Positions 27,698 to 38,503 of a stretch of DNA of 64,000 nt are shown piece after piece (position 1 is the first letter of the stretch; each line of letters opens with the position of its first letter). This stretch comes from Bacteroidia bacterium. Its GTDB lineage: Bacteria > Bacteroidota > Bacteroidia > B-17B0 > Aurantibacillaceae. A model generated the notes under the pieces. That model worked only from the letters and a program-made list of their open reading frames with translations, did not search any database and had not been told where the DNA came from. The stretch spans positions 53,503 to 117,502 of the forward strand of contig JALHPG010000003.1 in NCBI GenBank assembly GCA_022842625.1. The letters are read 5' to 3'. The position numbers and the translations under genes were made by a program.

Positions 27698-30073
27698 ATG
27701 AATAATTGTACCAATTTTTTAAATATAACAAGAACGTTCTTTGCAGCTGTTCTAATTTTTCTTTCTCAATTTTCTTTTTCGCAAAACATTAAAAATAACC
27801 CGCAATCTAACCATGGTAACAAGTTTGAGCAATTAGGAACTATCCTTCCTACGCCAAACGAGTACCGTTCGGCATCTGGTGCACCCGGTGGAAAATACTG
27901 GCAACAGCGTGCAGATTATGACATTGATGTTAAATTAGATGAAAAGAATTTGAGCATTGTAGGTACCGAAACCGTTACCTATCACAATAACTCGCCGGAT
28001 GCCTTAAATTATATTTGGTTACAATTAGATGAGAACCAACACGACCCTAAAAACGAAGTAAATTATTTTGACGAGAACAGAGTAAGTGAACCAATTACGG
28101 AACAAACAATAAAAGGTTTGCAGACAAAAGAAAATTTGGAAGGACTTGGAGATAAAATTGATGGCGTAACTGATGAGCTTGGAAAAGCTTTAAAATATAC
28201 AATAAATGGCACCATGATGCGCATTGACCTTCCTAAAACCTTAGCGGCAAAAAGTAAAACCAAATTTATTGTTAAATGGCATTACAAAATGATCAATCGC
28301 TCGGTTTATGGCGGCCGTGGGGGTTATGAATATTTTGCCGAAGACGGAAATTATTTATTTACCCTAGTGCAATGGTACCCTCGTTTATGTGTATACAGTG
28401 ATTTTCATGGCTGGCAAAACAAACAATTTACCGGCAGAGGTGAATTTGCCTTAGCGTTTGGAAATTTTAAAGTTAAGATGACTGTACCTTCAGATCATTT
28501 AGTTTGCTCTACCGGCGAATGCCAAAACTACCCACAAGTTTTAACGCCTGCACAATTAGCAAGATGGCAAAAAGCACAAACAGCTACAGAGCCTGTAGAA
28601 ATTGGGTTGTTGGCAGAGGCAATTGAAGCTGAAAAAAATGCCTCAATAGGAGCCGCCAAAACAAAAACATATATTTTTAAAGCTGACAGTGTGCGTGATT
28701 TTGCCTGGGGAAGTTCTCGTAAATATATTTGGGATGCTATGCCGGCAGATTGTATGGGCAAAAAAGTTATGTGTATGAGTTTTTATCCTAAAGAGGCGTA
28801 TGGGTTATACAGAAAATATTCTACTAAAGTTGTTGCCCACACTATAAAAACCTATTCAAAATATACGATCCCCTACCCTTACCCGGTTGCACAAAGTATT
28901 GAAGCAGCCAACGGAATGGAATATCCAATGATCTGTTTTAATTTTGGAAGAACAGAAAAAGATGGTACCTATACCGAAGGAACAAAAAATGGAATGATCA
29001 TGGTGATCATTCACGAAGTTGGCCACAACTTTTTTCCAATGATCATTAATAGCGATGAACGCCAATGGAGTTGGTTAGATGAAGGATTAAATACATTTGT
29101 TCAATTTTTAACCGAGCAAGAGTTTGATTCAAATTATCCTTCTGCCAGAGGACCTGCTCATAAGATGGTTGATTATATGCGTTTACCAAAAAATCAATTA
29201 GAGCCAATTATGACCAATAGCGAAAATATTATTGGATTTGGTCCGAATGCATACGGCAAACCTGCCACTGCATTAAATATATTACGCGAAACAGTAATGG
29301 GCAGAGAATTATTTGATTTTGCTTTTAAACAATATTGTACACGTTGGGCATTTAAACACCCTGAGCCGGCCGACTTTTTTAGAACTATGGAAGACGCAAG
29401 TGCAGTTGACCTGGATTGGTTTTGGAGAGGTTGGTTTTATGATATTGAGCCGGTTGATATTGCAATTGATACAGTTAAGGCCTTTACCTTAACAAAAGGG
29501 AATAAAGTACCGGTATTATTTGATACGATATATACTTTCCCAAAACAAAAAGAGTTTGAATTTATTTCTAGAATAAGAAATAGAGAAAGTGGTGTAAAAG
29601 CTTTAATTGACAGCGACACAACATTGCGTGATTTTTATTATCACTATAAACCAAAAGAAATTACGAAAGAAGTAAAAAATCGTTTTAACGATATTGAACC
29701 TGTTAGTGATACAGCACTAAGTAAATATTCTGACAAATATATTTATGAAATTAAATTCTCCAATAAAGGTGGTTTAGTAATGCCTTTAATTATTCAGTTT
29801 CTTTACTTTGATGGCACCGCAGATACTGAGCGAATTGGAGCATATGTTTGGCGCAAAAATGAAAAGGAAGTAACAAAAACTTTTTTACTAAATAAAAAAG
29901 TAATTGGTATTGTGTTAGATCCTTTAAAAGAAACCTGCGATATAAACGAAAAAAATAATGTTTGGAACATAAAAGCAGAACCAAGTAAATTTGATCTTTA
30001 CAAAGCAAAAACGGTAAAAACCCGTGGACAAAGTGTTGGAGAAAATCCGATGCAGAAAACTAAAGGGAAGTAA
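27698..30073 (+). CDS. M1 family metallopeptidase (gluzincin aminopeptidase)
   Basis: YWQQRADY, GMEYPMI, HEVGHNFF...WLDEGLN (HExxH...E), AYGKPATAL. Confidence 0.92.
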   Translation: MNNCTNFLNITRTFFAAVLIFLSQFSFSQNIKNNPQSNHGNKFEQLGTILPTPNEYRSASGAPGGKYWQQRADYDIDVKLDEKNLSIVGTETVTYHNNSPDALNYIWLQLDENQHDPKNEVNYFDENRVSEPITEQTIKGLQTKENLEGLGDKIDGVTDELGKALKYTINGTMMRIDLPKTLAAKSKTKFIVKWHYKMINRSVYGGRGGYEYFAEDGNYLFTLVQWYPRLCVYSDFHGWQNKQFTGRGEFALAFGNFKVKMTVPSDHLVCSTGECQNYPQVLTPAQLARWQKAQTATEPVEIGLLAEAIEAEKNASIGAAKTKTYIFKADSVRDFAWGSSRKYIWDAMPADCMGKKVMCMSFYPKEAYGLYRKYSTKVVAHTIKTYSKYTIPYPYPVAQSIEAANGMEYPMICFNFGRTEKDGTYTEGTKNGMIMVIIHEVGHNFFPMIINSDERQWSWLDEGLNTFVQFLTEQEFDSNYPSARGPAHKMVDYMRLPKNQLEPIMTNSENIIGFGPNAYGKPATALNILRETVMGRELFDFAFKQYCTRWAFKHPEPADFFRTMEDASAVDLDWFWRGWFYDIEPVDIAIDTVKAFTLTKGNKVPVLFDTIYTFPKQKEFEFISRIRNRESGVKALIDSDTTLRDFYYHYKPKEITKEVKNRFNDIEPVSDTALSKYSDKYIYEIKFSNKGGLVMPLIIQFLYFDGTADTERIGAYVWRKNEKEVTKTFLLNKKVIGIVLDPLKETCDINEKNNVWNIKAEPSKFDLYKAKTVKTRGQSVGENPMQKTKGK

Positions 30074-30184
30074 CATTTATAATTATAAAATCAAAACAAA
30101 ATTAAAACAGATCTTACACTACGTTTAAAAAAAAAAAACGTAACAAATTAATTGCTACGGTTTTTTTATAGTGTTTAAAGCCAA

Positions 30185-33100
30185 TTATATTTTAACGCCT
30201 ATTAAACAAACATCGTCAACCTGCTCCAGTCCACCCTTCCACGATTCAAAAGTTTCATCAATGATCAATTTTTGTTCGAACATTGGTTTGTTTGAAACAC
30301 TTAAAATAAGATCTTTTAAATTTTTAAATTTAAATTTTTTGCCTTTATCACCACCAAACTGATCGGCATAACCATCAGTTACCAAATAAATTTGATCACC
30401 CGGATAAACTTGAATTTGGTTAAGATCAAAATGTTTTCCTTCGGTAGAATGGCCGCCTATTGAAAATTTATTAGGGCGGTATTCAAGAATTTCACCATTT
30501 CTGATTATTAATATCGGACGATGAGCGCCTGCATAATTTAAAATATTATCATTTTTAGAATAAGAACATAATGCAATATCCATTCCATCGTTGGCAGAAC
30601 TCTCGGAGCTTTTTCGTATCAATTGAACTAATTTCTCGTCTATCAATTTTAACGCATCTGCAGGTGATGTGATCTTTTGATCATTTACCACCTTATACAT
30701 AATATCGCTGCAAATTAAAGACATAAATGCGCCGGGTACACCGTGACCTGTGCAATCTGCTGCGGCAAATACGGTAGTATCTGCAAAATGTTCGAACCAA
30801 TAAAAGTCGCCACTTACAATGTCTTTTGGTTTGTATAAAATAAAGCTATCGGTAAAGTTTTTATTAAACTCATCTATATTTGGCGCAATGGCTTGCTGAA
30901 TTTTTTTAGCGTATTTAATACTATCCGTAATGTCTTTATTTTTCTCCTCAATAATTGCTTTTTGCTTGATCACCTCGGTGGTTCTCTCTTTCACTTTTTC
31001 TTCAAGGTTTTCGTATAGGCCTGCATTATCTAAGGCAATTGCAATAGAAAGGGCAAGGTTTTTAAGAATATTTACATGAAATTCGGAATAGGCATGTTTT
31101 GAAAAACTTTGAACCGTTAATACACCAATTTTTTTCTCTTTTGTAAATAAGGGCAAATAAATAAGGGATAAAGGAGAATGACCTGCTAAAGGAGCAAGAC
31201 GTACTTTTAAATATTTACTGTATTCAACATCTACATCGTTAATTACGATCTCTTTTTCATTATCAAAACACCAAACAGCATAACGATCCTTATCATTTAA
31301 AAAGAATTCAAAGAAATCCATTTTTTTAGACCTCTCAATAAATCCCGGAAATTGCAGACTCTCGGTAAGTGGGTTATATAATCCAATACCAAAAGATTCT
31401 GCACTCATTAAATTGTTTACCTTCTCGTAAACAGTAGACACAATGTTTTCAACTGATAGTGAAGAGGCAATGTCTTTTGTAATTTCAGCTGTTATTTTAA
31501 TATCGTTAAAATTCTTTTCTAATAACTCTTTTTGTTTAGTAACCTCTGCAGTTCTTTCGATAACGCGATCTTCCATATTTTCATATAAAGATGCATTGTC
31601 AATTGCGATGGCTACATAAACCGCAAGATTTTTTAAAACCTGCACATGATAATCGGTATATGCATTTTTATTAAAACTCTGCGCAGTAATAACACCAATA
31701 ACTTTGTTCTTTAAAAAGAGTGGTAAATAAATAATTGATTCAACCACTTTACCTTGCAATGGTGCCTGAACGTAACCAATGTATTGGGCTATTTCCTTTT
31801 TAAAATCATTTATTACGATTTCTTTTTCGGTATTAAAACAAATATTCGTTAACCGATCTTTATCATCAATTTCGTAGGTAATATCTGCAAAACGTTCATC
31901 ATCCTCGATATACAACGGAAATTTAATTTGTTTGGTTTCTGCATTAAAAACGCCAATACCAAATCCTTTTGCATCCATTAGATCATTCACATTTGAATAA
32001 ACTTTATCGACAATTTCTTCCAAAGAAAGAATCGACGTGATATCGTTACCGATCTTACTTAACAAACGCGTATTCTCGTATGTTTTTTCAATTTCCTCCT
32101 TTTGTTTTAATACCTCTTGTGTTCTTTCATTAACTTTGTCTTCGAGATTTTGATATAGATTTGCATTATCTAATGCAATACCAATAGAAACAGCAAGCGT
32201 TTTTAAAATATTAAACTGATAATCGGTATAGGCGTTTTTTTCAAAACTTTGAACAGTTAATACACCAATAGCAATACCTTTTGAGTAAATAGGGATATAA
32301 ATAATTGATGCAGAATTTTGACCCGAAACCGGTGGTTGAACTCCGGAAATATATTTCTTGTATTCCGTAAAATAATCATTTAAAAAAATCTCTTGTTTAT
32401 TAGAAAAACAAATGGCAGCTAAACGATTAGGGTCATTAGATAAATAAGAATAATCCTCCATCAATTGATTATTCTCCATAAATCCTTTAAACTCCAGGTG
32501 ATTGTTTTGTGGATTATAAAGTCCAATACCAAACATGGTTGCATCCAGAAGCTTATTTATATTTTCGTAAACTTTACTATTAATTACTTCAACAGATAAC
32601 GAAGAACTTATATCCTCAGCAATTTGACTTAATAAACGGGTATTTTCATATGCAATTCGAATTTCTTCGGTTCTTTCAATAACTCTGTATTCTAAATTAT
32701 TATAGAGAGAAGCATTATCTAAAGCTATGGCCGCGTAGGTTGCAACGCTTTTAATTAATTGCAAATGATAATCGGTGTAGGCATTTTCTTTAAAACTTTG
32801 TACAGTTAATACACCGATTTTTTTATTATTTTGAGTTAAAGGAATATAAATTATTGACTCGGTATTTTTACCGGGAAGTGAATTTCGATTTAGGATCTTA
32901 TTAGTTTTTAAAAACTCTTCCGTAAAATTGAGGATAACATAATCTTCCTGGCTCTTAAAGCAAGACACTGCCGGCCTAACAACATCCGTTAGGTCGTAAA
33001 AATAATCCTCAAGAATTTTTCCGTCCTCAATTACACCGCTAAAATTAATTCTATCGCTTTCAGAATTATAGATCCCTATACCGAACATAGTAGCATCCAT

Positions 33101-35434
33101 CAATTGATTAATGCTATTATAAACTTTACTTATAATTTCATGAATTGAAAAGGTACTTGAAATTTCTTTTCCGATCTCGCTCACTAAACGCGTATTCTCA
33201 AACGTTTTCTCTATCTCTTCTTTTTGCTTAACAACTTCCTGAGTTCTTTCGTTTACTTTATCCTCCATATTCTCATACAGGTAGGCATTTTCAAGTGCGA
33301 TTGCTGTATAAGTTCCAAGGGTTCTTAAAATATCTATATGGTGTGGCTGGTAGGCGAATTTATTAAAACTTTGAACGGTAATAACGCCAACAACTTTTTC
33401 ACCGATCATCATTGGCGAAAACAATAATGAATTTGTCATATCACCGGCAACTACTCTAATTTGCTGCACGTATTTTTGATATTCATTTACGTTATCATTT
33501 AAGAAAATATCTTTTCTGTTTTTGATACACCAAACAGTATAATTATTATCGTCAGTTAAAGGCACGACTGATATTTCCTCTGCAACAATACCATTTTCAA
33601 TTTCGTATTTGTACTCTACAGAATTGATATCGGGTTTATAAATACGAACGCCAAAACAATCAGCCTCCATAATTTCACTTATAGAGCTGTGCAACTTTTT
33701 AAAGATATTACCAAGATTTAAACTAGACGTGATCTCTTTACCGATCTCACTTAGCTTTTTATTATTCTCGTAAGTTTTTTCTATCTCTTCTTTACTTTTT
33801 ACTAATTCTTTTGTACGCTCAACTACTTTTTGCTCTTGCTCCTCATACATTTTAGCGTTCTCTAAGGCAATAGCAGTGTAAGTAGCAAGATTTTTGAAGA
33901 TATTTATTTGATAATTACTATAAGCGTTTTTATTAAAACTTTGAACGGTTATTACACCCAATAATCTGTCTTTATTTTTTAAGGGTAGATATATTAATGA
34001 TTCAACATTTCTTCCTGCTTTGGGTGCACTGAAAGTTGTAAGGAAATTAAAAATTTCCTTTTCCATATCATTAATAACGATCTCTTTGGTTTGATTAAAA
34101 CATACCGCAGTTAATCTACTATTATCATTTAGGTCGTATTTAATATTTTCGAAGCGTTCTTCTCCTTCAATATATAAAGGGTATACAACGGTGTTATCGT
34201 CGGCATTATATAAACCTATACCAAAACCCGGAGCGTCCATTAACTCATTTACACTTTTATAAACAGTGTTTACAATGGTAGCAACAGATAAACTTGAAAT
34301 AATTTTTTGTCCAACTTCGCGCATCAACACTAAGCTATCCGAAAAATTCTCTAATTCCTTTGCGCGTTCTTCTAAAATCGCTTTTTCTGCCTGAGATTGA
34401 AGTACTTTATTTTGTAACTCTAAACTTTTTGATAATTGTGCGCTTTTGTGATTACGCACATCTTCTTTGGCTTGATGAAATATTTTATAAAACTTTAAGG
34501 CTTCGGGAGATTGGTTTTCAACTTCGTATAATTCTGCTAACTTTTCACTAGCCTGAAAAACGCCTTCCTTACTACCAATCTTGGAAGATATTTCAAATGC
34601 TTCGGTTAAATTGATGATCGCATTTTGTCTATCATTTTTTTGAATGAATAGTTTGCCAATGTTATTTAAAGTAGTTGCAACGCCAAATTTAAAATCAATA
34701 TCCTTTCTGATCCTTAAACTTTCATTAAACTTTTCTAAGGCTTTATCAAATTGTTTTAATCCGGTATAGGTACGTCCTAAACCATCTAATGCAAAAGCTT
34801 TAACTCTATAATTACCTGTTAATACTTCAATAATGGTTAAACAATCATTGTAAAAATCCAAGGCTTTATTGTACTCTTTTAAATTATAGTATGTTTCACC
34901 TAACCCATCTAAAACCTTAATTAATATGCTGTTTAATTCGTGTTCTCTGCAAATTTTTTCGCTCCTGCCTAGCACATCCAGTGCGCTTTCATTTTGCTCA
35001 ATGGTATAATAAACGGTTCCCATTCCGTTTAAACCATCTGCCATACCTAAACTATAATTTATTTCAGTACTTAGATCATAGCTTTTTTTATAATATTTTA
35101 TGGAAGTATCATAATCGGATAAATAGAAAAAATTACTGCCTAAAATGTAATTTGTCTCAGCTTCATTTATTTTATCCTTAATAACTTGAAAGAGTGAGAT
35201 TGCCTCAAAACAATAATTCGCAGCCTCCTCGTTTTTTGCTATCCAAACGTGGCATGCTCCTAATGTTTTTTTTGCGCAGGCTATTCCATTAACATAATCC
35301 AACGCAATAGAATCTTGGAGAGCCTTGGAGGCTAATTCGATAGATTTGTTTGCGTCTTCACGATTTAAACTCCAAGCTTTGGAATTTAACTCATCAATTT
35401 GGATGGTAGAATTATTTAATGTACTTGTACTCAA
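30185..35434 (-). CDS. cytoplasmic TPR - six GAF domains - SpoIIE/PP2C-type Ser/Thr phosphatase
   Basis: N-terminal TPRs; six copies of FG(I/V)...GV(I/L)T(V/A)QSF...AY...IA(L/I)(D/E)NA; C-terminal IVSGDFY, AADCTGHGVPG, DGMD, TDGYADQFGG, QVDDV. Confidence 0.9.
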   Translation of the reverse strand: MSTSTLNNSTIQIDELNSKAWSLNREDANKSIELASKALQDSIALDYVNGIACAKKTLGACHVWIAKNEEAANYCFEAISLFQVIKDKINEAETNYILGSNFFYLSDYDTSIKYYKKSYDLSTEINYSLGMADGLNGMGTVYYTIEQNESALDVLGRSEKICREHELNSILIKVLDGLGETYYNLKEYNKALDFYNDCLTIIEVLTGNYRVKAFALDGLGRTYTGLKQFDKALEKFNESLRIRKDIDFKFGVATTLNNIGKLFIQKNDRQNAIINLTEAFEISSKIGSKEGVFQASEKLAELYEVENQSPEALKFYKIFHQAKEDVRNHKSAQLSKSLELQNKVLQSQAEKAILEERAKELENFSDSLVLMREVGQKIISSLSVATIVNTVYKSVNELMDAPGFGIGLYNADDNTVVYPLYIEGEERFENIKYDLNDNSRLTAVCFNQTKEIVINDMEKEIFNFLTTFSAPKAGRNVESLIYLPLKNKDRLLGVITVQSFNKNAYSNYQINIFKNLATYTAIALENAKMYEEQEQKVVERTKELVKSKEEIEKTYENNKKLSEIGKEITSSLNLGNIFKKLHSSISEIMEADCFGVRIYKPDINSVEYKYEIENGIVAEEISVVPLTDDNNYTVWCIKNRKDIFLNDNVNEYQKYVQQIRVVAGDMTNSLLFSPMMIGEKVVGVITVQSFNKFAYQPHHIDILRTLGTYTAIALENAYLYENMEDKVNERTQEVVKQKEEIEKTFENTRLVSEIGKEISSTFSIHEIISKVYNSINQLMDATMFGIGIYNSESDRINFSGVIEDGKILEDYFYDLTDVVRPAVSCFKSQEDYVILNFTEEFLKTNKILNRNSLPGKNTESIIYIPLTQNNKKIGVLTVQSFKENAYTDYHLQLIKSVATYAAIALDNASLYNNLEYRVIERTEEIRIAYENTRLLSQIAEDISSSLSVEVINSKVYENINKLLDATMFGIGLYNPQNNHLEFKGFMENNQLMEDYSYLSNDPNRLAAICFSNKQEIFLNDYFTEYKKYISGVQPPVSGQNSASIIYIPIYSKGIAIGVLTVQSFEKNAYTDYQFNILKTLAVSIGIALDNANLYQNLEDKVNERTQEVLKQKEEIEKTYENTRLLSKIGNDITSILSLEEIVDKVYSNVNDLMDAKGFGIGVFNAETKQIKFPLYIEDDERFADITYEIDDKDRLTNICFNTEKEIVINDFKKEIAQYIGYVQAPLQGKVVESIIYLPLFLKNKVIGVITAQSFNKNAYTDYHVQVLKNLAVYVAIAIDNASLYENMEDRVIERTAEVTKQKELLEKNFNDIKITAEITKDIASSLSVENIVSTVYEKVNNLMSAESFGIGLYNPLTESLQFPGFIERSKKMDFFEFFLNDKDRYAVWCFDNEKEIVINDVDVEYSKYLKVRLAPLAGHSPLSLIYLPLFTKEKKIGVLTVQSFSKHAYSEFHVNILKNLALSIAIALDNAGLYENLEEKVKERTTEVIKQKAIIEEKNKDITDSIKYAKKIQQAIAPNIDEFNKNFTDSFILYKPKDIVSGDFYWFEHFADTTVFAAADCTGHGVPGAFMSLICSDIMYKVVNDQKITSPADALKLIDEKLVQLIRKSSESSANDGMDIALCSYSKNDNILNYAGAHRPILIIRNGEILEYRPNKFSIGGHSTEGKHFDLNQIQVYPGDQIYLVTDGYADQFGGDKGKKFKFKNLKDLILSVSNKPMFEQKLIIDETFESWKGGLEQVDDVCLIGVKI

Positions 35435-35531
35435 TTTTTATGTTCAAACACATAAATATAAGGTTCATTCCTTTAAAATCAAAATTTTGAGAAATTGGTA
35501 ACTTTTATTCCTTAAATAAATCTTTAAAGCC

Positions 35532-37310
35532 CTAATCTACAACCATTTCGAATGGCAAACGGGCTTGAATTCCTTTTAAATTTACTATTTTTTGAAGCTG
35601 CTTAAAATAGGAATATGAAATACCCAAATTCTTTTTTATCAATCGCGATTCCAGCTCAGTTTCCTTATTTCCTAAAAAAGCCTCAAACGGACTTTTTTGT
35701 TTAGGTAATTCGATCAATTTATACGTAGTTAACTTAGACTTTTTTGCTGCGTAGGCAATTGCGTCATTTAATCCTCCTAGTTCATCAACCAAATTAATTT
35801 TTAATGCATCGGCACCTGTCCAAACTCGTCCTTGACCAATACTGTCAACATCTGCCTGACTCATTTTTCTTCCTTCGGCAACCCTTTTTGTAAAAACATC
35901 ATACACCTTTTCTACACCACTTTGAATATAGTCATATTCAGATGCAGAAACAGCTCTAAGAGCACCTCCCACATCACTATGCAGGTTGGTATTAACGGTA
36001 TCTACTGTAATACCTAACTTTTGGTCTAACGCCTTTTGAATATTAGGCATCATTCCAAAAACACCAATAGAACCTGTAATTGTATTGGGTTGAGCAAAAA
36101 TACGATCTGCGGCGCAACTAATATAATAACCTCCGCTAGCAGCCAAATTGCCCATACTTACTATTACAGGTTTTACTTTTTTTGCTAAGGTAACTTCTCT
36201 CCAAATAACATCACTTGCTAAAGCACTTCCTCCGGGAGAATTAACTCTTAACACAATTGCTTTAATTTTATCATCTAAACGCGCATCTTTAATTGTTTTT
36301 GCCAAAGCGTCACTTCCAATTTCATCATCACTACCCTGCCCGCCGGAAATACTGCCATTTGCATAAATAACTGCAATTTTTGAAGATTCAAGCCCTTTAA
36401 CTCGTTTTTCTTTAGGGTCATATTTTCCAAAATCAACCAAACTTAATTTATCTTTTTCTGAAACGCCTATTTTCTTTTTAATTGCATTTATCACCTCATC
36501 TTCATAAATAGCAGCGTCAACCAGCTTCCCCACAGCATCTTCAGGAAAACGAATTGATAATGTATTTGCCATTTTATTAAGATCATCAACAGAAATTTTT
36601 CTATCGCTAGAGATCTTAAGCAGCATGGTATTCCAAATACTATTTAAAAAAGTTTCACTTTGTAAACGATTAGAGGCACTCATTTTATCTAATAAAAAAG
36701 GCTCAACAGCACTTTTAAATTTTCCATGACGGAAAACCTGAATATCAACACCTAACTTCTCGAAAGCGTTTTTAAAGAACATTATACTCATGCTTAACCC
36801 CTTCCAATCTAAGGCTCCTTGTGGGTTTAAAAAAACTTTATTTGCAACCGAAGCCAAGTAATACTCTTTTTGACCATAGTATTCGGCATAACTGTAAATA
36901 AATTTTCCTGAATTCTTAAAATCCTCTAATGCACTCCTTAATTCCTCGATGGTTGCAAATCCGGCTTCCAAATTTTTTGAATAAAGATAAATACCTTTAA
37001 TTTTATCGTCTGTTTTAGCATTAGAAATCTTTTCCAGCATCGTGTTTAATCCATTACCGCCTTGATCCATGATTGGACCAAGGTCACCAAAATCTTTAAA
37101 GGGATTTTCTTTTTCGCGATCGGCAATTTCACCATCTAACACTAATTTTAATACCGAATTTGCTTTTACCACAGTTGTTTGGGTTTCATCTTTTACATTT
37201 AAAGAACCAAAACCTGCTTTAATACTTGCTATAAGAATTACAACCACAATAACCGTTGCTAAAACTATTCCAATAACTGACCCGAAAAATGCTCCAAAAA
37301 ACTGTTTCAT
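35532..37310 (-). CDS. sppA: signal peptide peptidase SppA (67K type)
   Basis: Tandem S49 domains; FRHGKFKSAVEPF, LRVNSPGGSALASDVIW, SMGNLAASGGYYI, TITGSIGVFG. Confidence 0.95.
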   Translation of the reverse strand: MKQFFGAFFGSVIGIVLATVIVVVILIASIKAGFGSLNVKDETQTTVVKANSVLKLVLDGEIADREKENPFKDFGDLGPIMDQGGNGLNTMLEKISNAKTDDKIKGIYLYSKNLEAGFATIEELRSALEDFKNSGKFIYSYAEYYGQKEYYLASVANKVFLNPQGALDWKGLSMSIMFFKNAFEKLGVDIQVFRHGKFKSAVEPFLLDKMSASNRLQSETFLNSIWNTMLLKISSDRKISVDDLNKMANTLSIRFPEDAVGKLVDAAIYEDEVINAIKKKIGVSEKDKLSLVDFGKYDPKEKRVKGLESSKIAVIYANGSISGGQGSDDEIGSDALAKTIKDARLDDKIKAIVLRVNSPGGSALASDVIWREVTLAKKVKPVIVSMGNLAASGGYYISCAADRIFAQPNTITGSIGVFGMMPNIQKALDQKLGITVDTVNTNLHSDVGGALRAVSASEYDYIQSGVEKVYDVFTKRVAEGRKMSQADVDSIGQGRVWTGADALKINLVDELGGLNDAIAYAAKKSKLTTYKLIELPKQKSPFEAFLGNKETELESRLIKKNLGISYSYFKQLQKIVNLKGIQARLPFEMVVD

Positions 37311-37377
37311 TATATGTATATATTTGTATTTTAAATTAAAGATATATAATAAACCCGTTTTGCCTTTAAAGAATATT

Positions 37378-38466
37378 ATGAATGTAGCTTTTTTGTGTTT
37401 GGGCGGAAATATTGGTAACCGAATAGAAAATATTAAGTCTGCAAAAAAGGCTATAAACAGTTTTTCAGGAAAAATTGTTAGTCAATCTGAGATATACGAA
37501 ACAGAAGCCTGGGGAATTGATTCGGAAAATAAATACCTAAATCAGGTAATAAAAATTAATACAAAATTAAATGCAGATGATCTTTTAAAAAGCCTACTTC
37601 AAATTGAAAAAAAACTCGGAAGAAAAAGAGATTCTGACAAAAATAGCGATAGAACGATTGATATTGACATTTTATTTTTTAATTCAGAAATAATTACCAA
37701 AAAGGACCTAGAAATACCACATCCACGTTTACATCTGAGAAATTTTGTTTTAAAGCCTTTAAACGAAATTGCCGGTGATCTAATTCATCCGATTCAAAAA
37801 AAAACTATATCCGCTTTATTAAAACTGAATAAAGACAAATTAAAAGCAAAGCCTTTAGTGCAAAAAAACAAGCTAAATTACATTTGTATTGAAGGTAATA
37901 TTGGATCAGGAAAATCAACATTGGCAAAGGTTCTTTCAAAAAAACTTAACGCTACATTTTTGCCGGAAGAATTTGAAGATAATCTGCTATTACCTTTGTT
38001 TTATGAAGACAAAAAACTATTTGCTTTTCCTTTAGAATATAGTTTTTTAATTGCTCGTTTTAACCAAATACAACAAACTTTTAAATCTGAAAAAAAATTA
38101 ATAGTAAGCGATTATAGTTTATATAAATGTTTGTGGTTTGCCAAAATAAATTTAACTCCTAAAGATTATAATATCTTTAAAAAACAATTTAATTTAATCT
38201 TAGATCAATTACCAAAACCCGACTTGATAATACATTTATCTACAAGCACAAAAAACTTAAAACAAAATATAATAAAGCGTGGCAGAAAATACGAACAAAC
38301 TATTTCGCAAAAATATTTAAATGCCATTTCTGATCAATATACCAAAGGTTTTAAGAAAATTAAAGGGATAAAAAAGCTTAGTTTAACCATATCAAATTAC
38401 CATCCCGAACTAGAATTGGCGTTAATAAAAGAGATTAATAACTTTATTAAAGAAAATTTTGCCTAA
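37378..38466 (+). CDS. folK: 2-amino-4-hydroxy-6-hydroxymethyldihydropteridine diphosphokinase fused to a deoxynucleoside kinase domain
   Basis: True start ATG 37378 (MNVAFLCLGGNIG); YETEAWG, YLNQV, DRTIDIDILFF, LEIPHPRLHLRNFVLKPL; then IEGNIGSGKST P-loop, PDLIIHL and IIKRGRKYEQ. The track's upstream extension is antisense to sppA. Confidence 0.92.
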   Translation: MNVAFLCLGGNIGNRIENIKSAKKAINSFSGKIVSQSEIYETEAWGIDSENKYLNQVIKINTKLNADDLLKSLLQIEKKLGRKRDSDKNSDRTIDIDILFFNSEIITKKDLEIPHPRLHLRNFVLKPLNEIAGDLIHPIQKKTISALLKLNKDKLKAKPLVQKNKLNYICIEGNIGSGKSTLAKVLSKKLNATFLPEEFEDNLLLPLFYEDKKLFAFPLEYSFLIARFNQIQQTFKSEKKLIVSDYSLYKCLWFAKINLTPKDYNIFKKQFNLILDQLPKPDLIIHLSTSTKNLKQNIIKRGRKYEQTISQKYLNAISDQYTKGFKKIKGIKKLSLTISNYHPELELALIKEINNFIKENFA

Positions 38467-38503
38467 TAAATTCAAAAAAATTACATTTAGTTAAATTTTA
38501 AGA

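Noticed and set aside
30120-30140. Long A homopolymer (tttaaaaaaaaaaaaacg) as a phase-variation tract
   Set aside because: It lies between two convergent gene ends, so slippage would not affect a promoter or reading frame.
37069-37377. N-terminal 103 aa of the track's 465-aa ORF
   Set aside because: It is antisense to the 5' end of sppA; the FolK fold starts at ATG 37378.
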